A DNA stretch of 63,829 nt, the filler included, from Perkinsus chesapeaki ATCC PRA-425 (Eukaryota > Protista > Perkinsozoa): the NCBI GenBank assembly GCA_013115145.1. It is 15 parts of 15 records of this genome, joined end to end, with 100 filler letters (N's around TTAATTAATTAA, not from the genome) between each part and the next. Parts side by side here need not be neighbours in the genome. Positions count along the whole stretch, not along the records: positions 8,125 to 29,832 come from JAAPAO010000590.1; 14 more parts are not named here. One strand, written 5' to 3'. The notes under the pieces were generated by a model, which had not been told where the DNA came from, ran no database searches, and saw only the letters and a list, made by a program, of their open reading frames with translations. The translations under genes and the position numbers were made by a program. The stretch's first letter is position 1, and every line of letters begins with the position of its first letter. Shown in pieces: positions 12,371-25,700 of this stretch.

Positions 12371-14850
12371 TGTTCCACTGCTGGGTTTCTAAGACACCCC
12401 GTGGCATGTCATATGCCGCATGTGCATTTGAGCCCTGCTCGCTCTCTCTCTCGAGGTCGATGAACCCGCCTGAACATGCGCCATGTCGCTCAGCTCGGAG
12501 GCTTAGAGGTTTAGCCATTTCGCATATTATCGAACCAATCCAACACTGATTGGGCCAATCCTTCAAAGATGAGTACGATTCGATTCGCAAGAAAACATCG
12601 AAGCCGCTCGTTGCACTTCGCCATAGACTTCACATGAATTACATCTTCCACGGGTGCTTATGAGTACCAGACAGTCACCGCCTGCTTCCATGCGCCACTT
12701 GACCATGTTATATGTTGATCGCCTTTCCAACCTGACAGTCAGGTCCTGACTATCACTCGTCCAAGCTCGCCTTATTTTGTTCACTTGGCAACTTAATTTC
12801 AAAGGTTGTGAAAGCTGGTCGATCGTCTTTAAACTGTACGTTGTATGAACTACCACGACACGCACCATGCGTCACGGTGACATGGCGTCAGTGACGCCGC
12901 GTCACTCTGACTGTGTGAAAAACAGCGACCTCGACAATGCAGTCACTCAGTCAGTGACTCAGTGACTGACGGTCATCAATTATCACTTTCAACGTCTCTT
13001 GGGTACTGATAGTACAGTATTATTAGTACGAGTATAGGGTAGCTCCCAAAAGAACATCAGGGGATTAGCTCAACTACATCAGAATATCTTCCACGCAGTT
13101 CACTAACAGCTGGCCTACCACGTGTTGAGTGAGGAGAGTAAAGCCACTGTCAGGAATATCAAAACACATGTCCTTCCGATGCTCCGACAAGCACGATGTC
13201 CAACTTTAAGGTCCCATGGGTTGGCTGAGCCAGCCTGCCTCTCCCCATCTGGGTCTCAGACCAGCCACTTGTACTTGGCTGTTTCTGGTACGCAACAGAC
13301 TGCACTGCCTCTACCGCGACCCAGTACGTACCTCGTGAGGCCTCTGCGTATAGGATTAACAGTTTCCAGTTGAATGTAAGGACTGTTTACTTTAAAGGAT
13401 TTTCGCGACTGGAAGCAATGCCGTCTGATATTTTACGAGCTACCCGTCGGTTGTAAATTACAACTTGTAATCGCGGTCGGCGATAAACTGCAAGGAAGTA
13501 CTGCAGCTTCCTAGGTCTTTCGCGGGCAAACCCTTCATGCATGCACAAATTCGCGTACGGAAAAGTAGATATGGGATGCTACGTTAATTACGGTTTAAAC
13601 ACGTTAGATAACGTTCTTTGTGCAGAAACGAACCTGTATTGCTTTGGTTTGGATACTTGTGTTGGAGCGTACTGTGCAGAAATCCTAAAAAACTCGTAAA
13701 GAGTAGGTCACTCTGTCGATCCTAGCTACCTTGCAAGTTACAGGATGATGTGAAAAGGAGAAATGGGAGTAACGGGCGTTGAAGAGCATAGGAGTCATGG
13801 AAAGTGAACAGCTCACGTTGAACTCTTTTAAGTAAGGTACAAGTTTCGTTTGCTAATTCGATGTATGGTACGGGTGTTTCAGAGGAAGCCGACCATAATA
13901 ATCAACCAAGACGTGGCCGTGTGCTTGACAAACTACTCATCAACCATCTAAAGCACCCCGTGAGCCTAAAACTGAATTAAAAACTCGTCGATGATGAGAG
14001 ATTAAGTAGTTCTTTAACTTGGAGCTTAGCTAATTCTGCGGCTGGTCCCAACCGGATGGAATGATTGGTACCTTCTTTAGACCTTTAAGTCTGAACACTT
14101 ATGCGGCAATCATAGGGAAAGGCGCGATGGGCGCTGAAAGGTCAACATGCGCTTACATAATCGATCAGAATGGCGAACGCCACTTCACTAACAATCGATC
14201 GCGCTGTAGGAAAACTCGGCAAGTACCGAAACATCTCGGGCATTAGAGGCGCTACAATTGTTTGTTCTCGAACTGTCCTAGTAGCGAATGTACTGCAGGC
14301 TTGCGACTCTTCGCTATCCTGAATAGATTTCGCTTAAAATAAAATGTAGATGGTAAAAGCACCCCACATCTCTCTGTGGTTTGTGGGGCCGTCAGAAGTC
14401 TCACAATCTCGTCGTTACTCGTAGCTATCATATAACACCGCGTAAAGCATTTTTACTGATAATATAGTGGTATTGGGTAATAAGATCTGGTGTCAGCGAG
14501 AAACGTTTCCCTCTGGGCAAATGTCATATCTTGCAGCAGTTCACACTCCTGATCAACAATGTGCCGTTCCCGCGGTAGGTCAGAATCAGATTGATTCATT
14601 TGTCGTATCTATACGCCTCCAATCGATAAGCATACGCTATGACACCTGTTTCGATTTACTCGTCATGAGTCTTACTCGCCCGATATTTGTATGGAGCACT
14701 GCATTTTGTATAGGTGTTACCCGGAGCCCCTCTCGGGTCAGCCGTCAGCAGCAATGTGACCGAGGAAGGTTCAACATGCTCTTCTGAGTGAGTTGGATAA
14801 TTCAAGGCACTTCATCAACACGATGCATCCTTGTCAGTCGGACGAGCGAG

Positions 14851-15084
14851 ATGAACGACGCGTATTTAGACTACTTCGAGCGACAGCGTTTAGAGATTGC
14901 AAGATGGATAGCGATGTCGATAAATAATAAAGGCGTCGATCCGGATAAAGTTCATCAAGCTTGTCGTGCGTTGGTACAACATACATTCACTCAAGTTGCT
15001 GAAGCTCGTAAAAGAGGTCCAAGCCCGATTACTAATCGTACAATGTTGCGACCAGGGGATAACCTTACAAGAGCTAACAACTGA
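14851..15084 (+). CDS. Small intronless hypothetical protein (77 aa), paralog A
   Basis: MNDAYLDYFERQRLEIARWI...GVDPDKVHQACRALVQHTFTQVAEARKRGPSPITNRTM aligns with 16168-16389. Confidence 0.6.
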   Translation: MNDAYLDYFERQRLEIARWIAMSINNKGVDPDKVHQACRALVQHTFTQVAEARKRGPSPITNRTMLRPGDNLTRANN

Positions 15085-16167
15085 TATCAACAGTACCATC
15101 ACATTAATCTTTACAGTGCAAAGAATCTTTCCTCAGGCTTTCATCGAGGCTTGGCTTCGACTCCTTTACCATCAGCGATGGCATTGGTCATTCTATGACC
15201 ATTGGAGTTGCCGAAATGTTATTTTATTTAAAAAGTGTCGTCGTTGTCTAGCTGCTACTATTCGCAGAACTCTTTGTATGCGGTCATGGCAACATCGAGT
15301 TTGTGGATTTCTGGACGTATCTTCATCCTCGTGTCGTGACTTACGACTTTCGAGGAGATTCTATTTTGCAAGCGATGTTAGAAGCTTACCGGTGATGGTA
15401 TCATCATAATGATGGGTTATCGAATTTACTGCGAAATGTGGAACACCTTCGTAGGGACTAATCTATGATGATATCTTCTATCGTATTTCTTAAGTCTTAT
15501 CTTAAAAGACTAGAAGTTGTGATGAAGGTTCTACGTTATTGTGATGGATGTATTCATCATTATCACTTTTAACGTAAACTCATCATCTGTAGTGATAATA
15601 CTACTCACTATTGTCCCTTTATTTTCTAGTACGCTGTAATTCCAACCAACCCTCCTCATTCATGAAGATACTCGACCTGTTCGCAGCAGTACTCTAGTAT
15701 GTTTGTCTTTTGCGTTGCTTCTTGCATGGCGCATATGTAGCTGTTTCATCTCAGTTAGTACACTTTTCTGAACGCTATAGCTCCATCGAGCTGAACACCA
15801 TCAGCGACGGAGATAATTGTGGAAGATACAGTGCTCAACAAAACGATCAAGAATATGACTGATACAGGCTTTAAGTACCTCTTTGGCGTGCAGGATTATC
15901 ACTCCGTCAACAACAGCAAGCCACGGCTAGATGCGAGTAAAGCTCTATTAGAGGTAGATATAGAAATCGGCTGGTAATGTCCAATTGCTGGGTGTACTTA
16001 GATACTGCGAGGACCATCTGAAGCAAATGATGATAGCACTCGCAACTCGTTCTGTTCAACGTAAGCAATCGGCCGGTCGCATGTGGTCATGTGGTTCCTT
16101 GTGGTTTAGTTCATCATCAACATCCTCGATTCCGTGTGGTGACATTAGTGATGACTACTGGCTCAAC

Positions 16168-16389
16168 ATGGAGGAGACATTCTTTCAGCAGCGCAAGGAG
16201 ATGGCTCTTTGCATTTATCGCCAGTTCATGACCAGGAGTCAAGGAGGCTGTGACCCTTCCCAAGTTCGCCGACTATGTAATGACCTGGTTCACCGGACCC
16301 ATGATGAGGTTCGTGCGGCCCGTCAAAATGGCCCAAGTTCGACTACCCACAGAACAATGAAAACCAGTGATGAGCATCGATCGCTTTAA
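16168..16389 (+). CDS. Small intronless hypothetical protein (73 aa from ATG 16168), paralog B
   Basis: MEETFFQQRKEMALCI...GCDPSQVRRLCNDLVHRTHDEVRAARQNGPSSTTHRTM; shared QR.E.A, DP..V...C..LV..T and AR..GPS..T.RTM. Confidence 0.6.
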   Translation: MEETFFQQRKEMALCIYRQFMTRSQGGCDPSQVRRLCNDLVHRTHDEVRAARQNGPSSTTHRTMKTSDEHRSL

Positions 16390-18643
16390 GCAGGTGAGGC
16401 TACGGCGACGTTTGTGTCTTCCTGCGCCTCTTACAGGTTATCTTCAGCACCGAGTGTTTATCGTTTCGTTTTCAGATTTTGTGGTACCATCACCGCCGTC
16501 CACCTAACCACCGAAGCCTCTCTGTATAGACGAGCCTACTAAAGCACAGTCTCGCTTGCCTGTGTTTCGTCTCTTTTGTCTGGTCGGACTTGCCTCTCTT
16601 AAGTGTCTATGAAATGTTGCCTCCCTCAACATTGTTTGATTTTTTGGTCGGACAGTCCCAGTATGACCATGTTGTTCATCGAGTAATTGTAGCAGTGGTT
16701 GATAATCCCTAGCCCCCTTTTGTTTGCACCTTTATCGGTCGTTACAGTCGAAGCTGTTCGACTGATGAAGGTGTGTAACTTCTATGATTGTTTATCACTA
16801 AAAGCACTTCTGCAGATGCTGGAAAGCTGCTCGATGCTAAGATGTCTGTTGAGCAACATCTTTCATAACTTGGCGATTATCGCCAACGCTATTGTATATG
16901 CCCGAGCGTTGCGTTGGTTACAGACCCTCTAGTGGGCGCCGCTTGTAATGAGAATGAAGCCTCACTCAGCAATAACTACATTAATGACAGCGCGAATCTC
17001 AGCCGAGGCGAATCTCCTTGAACGAATACACCTGTTCCGCACTGACTGGCAACAAGGCAGCGGCAATTTGAAGAAGTTCATTCGAGATTGCCAACAGCTT
17101 CGAGAGGTCAGGCCGGAAGTGTGGACGAAGAGGGTTGCCCTGGCCTATGTGGAACTACTTACTGATATCAAAGATCGTCCAGCACCCGCACGGCGAGAAG
17201 AATCTTCTGTGACTCGATGCCGAAGTATCCGAAACGGTTATGCTCAAAGTGAGTTAGCTGCGAAGGCTGTTTCGAATTAAGTGTGTTTTGCCCCAGGTGT
17301 ACCGGAGTGCAGTATATATTTTGACCTCACCAAAGCAAGCGATGAGAGACCTCTTGACACGGTCAGAAATATTCCCGAGGTGATGGAGTTCCTCAGCAAC
17401 TTGAAGTGTTCTCACAATGCGCCTAGGCCGGTGGAAAACAGGTCAGTAATCGTTGGCAGAAGAACGTTTGAAGATATTTCGAGCCAGATATTACACCGGA
17501 ACCGTGGACGATGGACGGCCGAAGTCTGTGGTGTTAGGTGCAAGTCGAGAATGGGATTCAATGTAGGAGCTCATCTTTTCCTCTGTATCCAATCCTTGAT
17601 TTGTTCAGACATGACCACCAAATAGTTCAGAGCAATGCGATGCATAATGACTGCGATCATTCCAGGTAGGCCTCCACGGATAATGCGTTGACGTTATTTC
17701 TTCATGTGCTGCGTAGCGCTGAGTACTTGGTACGATTCACTTTGTTCAACTGTGGGAGTGTCCATTTTCAATTTGGAGCGTCACAAAAAAGATTTACAGC
17801 AGAATCCAATCTTTCACTCTGACCTGAGACTTCTCGGCGAGGAACTCATAGAGAGTTGCAACTGATTCGTATGTGTGCTTTGTGGTTTATCGAAGCGATA
17901 CTGTCACGAATTAATCCCTTCTTAGTTGGTCTCAACAGTCGACTCGTCCAAGCTCCGAGCAGGGAGACGTAACAACCGTCTTGACATCAACCACACAGTC
18001 TCTAGGAGAAAGGAACAATGCTTGGGAGGCTATGTTATATCAGCAAAGACCAACAGACCACTACGTACGATCGGAGCTGCCCACAGCGGCGCACAGACAG
18101 AAAGATACAGTTGAAACAGCACCTCAAAATGGACGACGATTGTCCGGCAGAAGTAACCATAGTATCAATTACTAATATATGAATGTGTCATTGGTAGACC
18201 TGGATGAGATATCTCGAGCTTACGGGAGCGACTTTATGCAGACAAGGCAAGGGATAAAAAATATGAAATGCCCGGTAGGAAATGCGACGTCAGCAATGTT
18301 GCTGTACTTGTATTTAGGATGCTTGGATACCCGGTCACGAATGTGACGAATTATGCAGTACCCTACTGCATGGACTGGAAGACCAGTTGACTAGCAGAGG
18401 ATAATACAGCTCCTACGAGTTGATGTTACCAAGAATGACTTTTGTTATATAGTGACGAGCAATGACCTGGAAATGAGATGAATTAAATGACACTAGAACG
18501 CAATACTGTATGCCTTGCACCCCATAGCCAGCAGCTGTACGAGAAACCAAAGCTTCGCTGCCACGGCATAGCACCCTCAGGAAACGAAAGGACGCTCCGT
18601 TGGATGTATGCCGGACACGGCGGTTGATGATAATGATGATGAT

Positions 18644-19444
18644 TTATCGGTTAGCCTTGGCAATGCGCTCGATCTCATCCTTCTTCTTGATGGCAAAGGA
18701 GTTGGAGGATTCCTTGGCGCAGTTCATGATCTCATCAGCCAAGCACTCGGAGACCGACTTCATGTTGCGGAAGGCGGAGTTACGGGCACCGTAGGTGATG
18801 AGGTAGATGGCCTGGTTAACCCTACGGAGAGGAGAGACATCGACGGCCTGACGACGGACGACACCGGCAGAGCCGATACGAGTGGAATCTTCGCGGGGGC
18901 CACCGTTCTTAACGGCATCAACGAGAACCTGATAATAAAAAGTCATTAAGTTGCGAAGGAGGCCCCACAGGAAGTACCTGGATGGGGTTCTTGTCGGTGA
19001 GGAGATGGATGATCTCGAAGGCGTTCTGCACGATGCGAACGGCGAGCTGCTTCTTACCGTTGTTACGTCCGTGGGCCATCATGGCTGAAAGAATATAGAA
19101 TAAGACAAGTCGGAGGAAATCCTAGGTTAAATTACAGTTGACGAGACGCTCAACGATGGGGCAGGCAGCCTTGCGGAAGCGCTTCTTCTGGTAACGGCCA
19201 GCAGTGTGGGCAGTGAATACGGAGGCAGAGCCAGTGTAGGCGATGTAGTCCTGAAGAAGAATGGTTATCAAGACAGCAGCAGCGGAACCTTCACCGTGTA
19301 ACAGCGGAGAGCGGATTAATGGAAGCTATTAAGATGCAGAGCGATAGTTATCCTGTTCCCGATGCCCACCTCCAAAGAGAGATCAGAGGTCTCGATCCCC
19401 TCGTAACTCCACCTGCCGAAAAGCTTGGGCTCAGTCGCAGCCAT
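18644..19444 (-). CDS. RPS5: 40S ribosomal protein S5 (uS7), 193 aa, 4 exons
   Basis: Exons 19444-19370, 19250-19136, 19084-18978, 18928-18644 with GT-AG introns of 119, 51 and 49 nt. Gives [14 protein letters not shown]...[32 protein letters not shown]...[31 protein letters not shown]...[11 protein letters not shown]. Confidence 0.98.
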
Positions 19445-19794
19445 GTTGGGTGACTATACAGCAGAAATTCGTCGGCGCCGATGAGGCTGTCGATCGAGCT
19501 ATGGGCGAGCGAGATTTTCACCTGCGCGATTTCTAAACGCGCTGATGCCCTTAAGGCGGCGATCGGGTGCACTATCTCCGCTGCCCTAGTAGCCGTAGTT
19601 AGTTTGGCTTATTCGTGCATAGCTGGCTGTTTCGATCACTACTGAAAGGCTTGGTGCTATGAGGTGAATTATGTGTTAGTTTGTCCGCGAAATTGTCCAT
19701 GTTTTTGCCTTCATTCACGTTGGTGTTCTTCTGTACTCACTGTTTCATTTTGGTTGTTAATATAAAAGGGGCTAAAAGAGGCATTTGAGTGTCA
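19445..19794. promoter_or_regulatory. 350-bp divergent intergenic region between RPS5 and the coiled-coil gene
   Basis: Head-to-head ATGs at 19444 (-) and 19795 (+); TATAAAA at 19761-19767; TTTCTGCTGTATAG acceptor-like site 9 nt before the RPS5 ATG. Confidence 0.45.
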
Positions 19795-22700
19795 ATGTCA
19801 GCAGGCAGCAGACTCCACATCCCACCGGTCTCGGCCGAATACACCGCTCTAGAGGGGAAGATAGAGTACCTCTGAGCCTTGTTGGGTTGGTGGCCACCCT
19901 CGCCATAGGCACATCGAACGCGTTTGCCGACTGGAGCTAGAGCAACACACGCGCAAGTGTAGGGCGGAGCTTACGGAGAGGATCGATGATGTTGTGAGCT
20001 ATATAGCCAGGAATCTGAGCAGGTAGGGTGGAGTGCGGCCGGCTGGGGGTGTGCATGCCGCAGCCACTTCAGTGACAGCCGTAATAGTTCAGCGAGGCTT
20101 AAGGACATCAGTGCTGATATGGCATCGGTTAAGATAGAGGTGCGCAAGACCCACGGGATGAAGGAGGCAGTGGAGGAGCTTACAGAGGTAAAGTGGTGAG
20201 TTGAGGAATGGAAGAGTGTGATGGTAGAAAATGAAGGCAATGCAGTCCGATATAGATGCTCTGATGAGACGGAATGGCTCGGCTAGGTGGGTAGAAAATA
20301 AGCCAGACTGAGGAATATATTGAACTGGGGCAGATCTCGGTCGCAAGTGAGAGCTCCTTCGTTGGAGTCGGTGGAAGGCCATAAGGAGCTTAAGATCGTG
20401 ATAGGTAGTAGCTGCGGTTGCTCCCTTGCCCCTTTATGGCCAACTACAGATGAGTGTTTGAACTTGACTAAGCGGGTGAAGGCGTTGGAGAGGAGTCGGT
20501 ACGGCAGCGGAGGCAACGGCTCTCCGCGGGTGTCTCATCACACTGCGCCGTCTGAAGCCGGTAGTCGCCGTCTTTACGCTTGAGTGCAGTGAAACCAGAT
20601 ACGGAGGTTAGAACGCTTGGAGAGGAGGTGAGGCAGTGTCTGGCGGCCACGGTGGACTTGCGACGATATATAGACAGCTGTAGTGGAGGGTGGTGGTGGT
20701 GCGTTGGTTGGAGTGATGAGGGTTTAGCTATCGGAAAGGTGGAGAGGAGAATGGAGGCATCCGAGAGATCGAGTGGCGGCGGGGGTAGTCCTAATGGACT
20801 GGACACTATGAGCACGCTGCCGGCTGTAGTGGGACCGGAGGGTGAGAGGGAGATGGTTGGGATTGGTACCAGCTTGTTGCTTGTTCCAGCTGGTATCACT
20901 TTACTTGTATCAGTCTATAGTGTAATGCAATATTACCAGGCTTAGCAGCATGATAGGCGAATCTACTTTGTTTATTGGCTGGGGTAGGTGGTTACGGTAG
21001 TTACGAATCTCCAGTCTGCCCTGGAGGCTTTGGGAGACCAAGTGGCAGAAGTGAAGACAATAAGGGAGGATATGTCTCGAAGGCTGGCATCTGTGGAGCA
21101 GGCAGTGAACGAATTTGGTGCGCAGTGAACGTATCTTCATGGCAAGAGTAATGTGTAGGAGCTAGCAATCGGAGAGCAGACTCGAAATCGAGCCGGCTGG
21201 GAGAGGGGTTGGAGGTGGGCCGTAGGAGTAGGAGGGAGCGGTGGTTGGGATCGGGCTGTTTTAGAGGAACCAGGAGCAATTGGAAATTCTGAGGGAGAAC
21301 TTGGCGGAGACCAGAAGAGTTGTTTCTGAGGTCGGTTCGGTAGTGTGGCTTACGAAGCATGGTGGAGGCTCAGGCGGTGGCGGCGGACTCTCCACAATTG
21401 ATCTCCAGGATCACAGCACTGTGTGAAGAGAAAGGTAAGGAGAAGTCTTGAAAGCTGGGGGACTTGGCGGTAGTTTCGGCGCTCGCTGACTCCCTGTTTC
21501 ACCGGCCGGAAGTGTCGGAGAGATTTCACCGAATAGAGGCTAAGATGAACAGAGGTGGGAGGCGAGGGGCTGGTAGGTTGAAGTTAGAGCAGATGTCGCT
21601 GGTCGATACGATGCGATGACGAGGTCTTTGGACATGCTGAAGGAGGTAGAGGGATGGTTGGTATCGGAGGAGGGGAGGGTACGGTGTCAGGTGGTGAGGC
21701 AACGGGATGAGAGACAGGTGCAGTTTGATGGTCAATTGAGGGAACAAAAGGCTAATATTAGTGAGAGCTGGGGTGGGCTATCGACGTCCAAAGCAGTGCT
21801 GAACATCGTTGAGCAGCATTCTACCTGATAGCCTGCTTTATGTCTACTCAATGAGCTGTGTGTTGGTGTCGTTGACCGGTCTCCTTGTCTTTCACAGTGT
21901 ATTTGCTCCTATTATTATTACTGTTCTTCATCTCTAGGCAGTTTAGAATAGGGGACTTTAGGGGCAGCAGAGGTCATGTCTAGATACAGCCACGAGGGCG
22001 TTGGCGGAGTTCAAGGAGGATCTGGCCGAGATGGGCTCCCTGAAATCTCGAGAATGCGATGAGCTGAAGGCTGATCTGACGGATATGCGTTTGAGCTTGG
22101 GTAGCAGGGGAGCATGCTCGAGCACGGTCGGGTGTTGTTTGGGATTGACTTAAAATTTTCGGTCGCACAGAAAGTTTCATTCGTTGGTCGTTTCGGGGTG
22201 AGTCTAAGACTGGCCCTATGGCCTAGATCTCCGTGCCAGCTCGCGGAGCTTTGTTGGTGAATGGTGGTGCGAAAGGTTCGCTGGAGAGGAGATGCGAGTT
22301 GAAGATGGAGGAGGTGGAGAGAAGGCAAAAGAGGCAATTAGAGGATATGATAGGGCCGGTCAGGAGGCAGGCTGAGGAGGAACACATGCGGGCGGATAAG
22401 GTACTGTAGGGGGAGGCTTTGGGATAGGGTGAATGATGCAGGGCGCGCGGGAGGAGATAAAGAGAATGGAAGGTAAGCTGGAGAAGGCATGTCGAGAGCG
22501 AGCGGAGGGAATGGAGGCGGCTATGAGGGAGCTGGTGCAGAAGGGGCGAGCGGAGCTGCTGGCCGAGGTGCATCTGGAGATTATGGAGGTAGAGAGGAAG
22601 GTGATGGTGAAGTCATCGAAGGAGGTGGAGAGGATGGAGGAGAGATTGGAGAAAATGGAAGGGAGAATAAAGAGGAGAGGATCTAGTGGTAATAATGGGG

Positions 22701-25700
22701 GAGAAATGCTGGGGGCGGGGATCGAACCTGGATTAGAGAGAGGATTCAGACTGGTGGTCAGGATGTATGGTTAATACCCTCTCGTAGATGACTTCTGATA
22801 TTGAGACTCCTCCAGGAATTCTAGGTGTGGGTATATTTATGAAAGTTGTAAGTGTGAATATCATAATGGATATTATATAATAAAGTAGATAATAGTAATT
22901 ATTTATAGATAATAATGACAATACAAAGTTTATAACTCTCTGTCTCCCATTTGGTTCTGGCAGGTGGGAGTAGAGTGGTGACGATTACTTCCTCTCCAGA
23001 AGGTCACTCATCGAGCAGTGAGGAAAGCTACGACGAAATGCATAGGGACATCAAATACGACAACATAAGTAACGCCGTGCCACTGGCAGCTGGAGGATAG
23101 GGTGGTATTAGGCTCGCGAGTGAAGGAGATTGGGGGTAGAATGGTGAGGGTAGAGAAGAGGATAGATGAGATATCGGCAGGCCAGGTAAGGGAGATTCTT
23201 GGCTTTGGCAATGTTATGGGAGCTCCTATATATTGTTGTGTGTATTAGTTGCACAGCGGCAGCTTTGGATGAGGGACTTTCAAAATTGTCGTATCTAACT
23301 ATTATCAAAACTTATGATGATGCAGAGTACCCGAGGACAGGCTTTAGACTCGTTTAGTATCTGTAGCGTCGTCGTCTACTTGACCGTGCTCGTGTCTTGT
23401 ATATAGATGTCAGACACATGTTTCAAGAGTGAGGGCCTCTAGTAGATGAACTTAGTGTTTCCTTTTAATTGTACTACTGTTCCTCTATCGAACTTGATGG
23501 TTTGGCCTCGCGTCCCAGATCTTGTCCTGCTCCGTCTAGGGTGGAATAAAGAACGCGAGTTGTCCTTGTGAGGAGCCTCCAGCCTCGGGATTGTGTAGCG
23601 GTGTATAGTTGTTTGGGTAACGTGGTTTAGCGGATGAGAGAGCAGAGCTTTCAGATGGCATTGGCAGAGGAGATCGATACGAAGGTGGACGCTGCCAGCA
23701 CGGCTCTGAGGCAGGAGATAGAGACTAATAGGAAGAGAGGGGCAACGGCAGTGGAGGAGATGGGGAGGCTTGGGCAACAGATTAGGGAGGTATTGGAAGA
23801 GAGAGCAGGTATTATGGGAAAGTTGGAGGAGATGAAAGGTGATATTAAAGAGGGAAGGGAAATAAGCTTGAAGGCTCTGGAGGATATGGAGAGATCTATG
23901 AGAGCTGCGGCTGAGGGGGAGAGGCTGATGGAGAGAGTGGAGGATATTGACAAAAGGGTGAAGGGGGTTGATGCGGCACTTGAAGGGATAAAGGAACGCA
24001 TCGAAGGGAGTGACGCAGTAGACAGGATGGACGAGTGCTATAAGAGAATGGAGGAGATGGAGGGTAGAGTGGATAGTTTAGTGGCGCGCGAGAAAAGTCA
24101 GGCCGAGGAGATAGAGGCGCTCGAGTTACATGTTGAGTCTCTGGATGGTGTGAAAGATACGCTAGAAAAAGTGATCGATAAGATTCGGGATGAGGTTGGA
24201 AGTTTGCGGCTGAGTGTTGGAGAGGTTTCGGGGCTGCAGACGACAGTGGAGGAAATGTCGAGCTTCCTGAGCAAGTTCCCGAGGGACGGTTTCAAGGAGG
24301 ATGTGCAGAGGAGTATAGAGGGACTGAGGAGCGGCCTGGCTGAGGTGAGGGCTGAGATGGAGGAGGTTCGAGGGGTCCGCCAGGAGATTGGGAAGATGGG
24401 GGAGGTTGAGAGCAGGCTTGGGCATGTGGAGGCTAATGTGGAATGGATAGAGGGGGAAATGAACTCGTATAAGAAGGGTTTGGAGGGAGTAGATGGGCAG
24501 ATGGCAGAGCAGGGAAAGGCGCTGGATGGGTGAGGTGGGGTAGGCTGTGGTAGAGGGATAGCTGCTGAGGTTAGGCTTACAGCAGCAGTGGCGGCAGTGG
24601 AGAAGGAGACGGCTGAGAAGAGAGAGGTCAATAAGGATATGGTGGAGGAGGAGGGAATCGGTAAGGATTTCGAGTGACTGGGAGATGAAATGACTTTTTT
24701 TACATATTTTTGGGAGGGTGAGAGGGAAGCCGAATTTCGACGGTAGTAGTGCATGGACCTAGCTTGTTTAGGCGGGCGTCTGCAGGAGCTGGAGGATTCG
24801 GTGACGGAGTTGATGGCCTTGTTAGGAGTCGTGGATGAACTTGCTAAGAATCAGGTAGGCTGGGTGGGGGAGGTTGGTTGGAGTGATGGTGAGTTAGACT
24901 GAGATGAGGAAGTCCCTGCAGAGCCGATGCGATAAGCAGGCGAGCGATCTGGCAGGGGAGCTGAGGGAGGAGATGGAGAGGCTGAAGGAGGATATAGAAA
25001 GGGAACGGGATGCCAAGGTGAAGGAGATGGAGGAGAACCGGCAGAGGGGAGAAATTGAGGAAGTGAAGGGTGTTAGTGAGGAGATTATAGGGAGGGTAAA
25101 GGATATGGAGGAGCGAGTGGTGGAGCTGGAGAGGTACTTGCTAGGGGAGGGTATCATTATGAGAGGTATCATTGTGGGGTATGCTCCACTGAAATCTTCA
25201 ATATATTTATATATTAAGTTGCTTTTTTTGTGGTCTGATGATGGTGTGAAAGTTGTAGGTGGTATAACATAGTTGCTCATCGGGACTTGACGTATTTTCC
25301 TGGGATGTGCCTCGTCGTAGAGTTGAGCCCTTTTAAGGATGGATGAGTCCTTGGTCGGTCCCGATTGTTATCGGAGTTCTGTCATGGCAAAAATCTGATA
25401 TACCTCGCGGTGATGGGGCCATACTGTCAGAGATGATATATAGAGGCCTACTGAGAGGCCTACCTTAGCTTTGTTCTCGATACAACAGTCGAGTGTATTG
25501 GTGGAAGCCACCTCCCACCGGAAGGTGGAGGGTTGTTGTTTAGGCGAAGGGCGGGAGGACAGGAAGGAGAATCCTCTGTAGGAGTAGCTGCGATGAAGGC
25601 TCAGGTGAGGGGGGTGGCAGGGAGGAGGAGATGAGTAGTGGTTTAGTGGTAGATAGCGGAGCTAGAGGATGCAGTTGGTGGGGCACAGGAGAGAGTGGAG

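Noticed and set aside
18608-18949. 113-aa plus-strand ORF
   Set aside because: Antisense shadow of RPS5 exon 4.
19251-19369. Longer RPS5 intron 1 as a snoRNA host
   Set aside because: No C box (RTGATGA), terminal D box (CTGA) or 3-prime ACA found.
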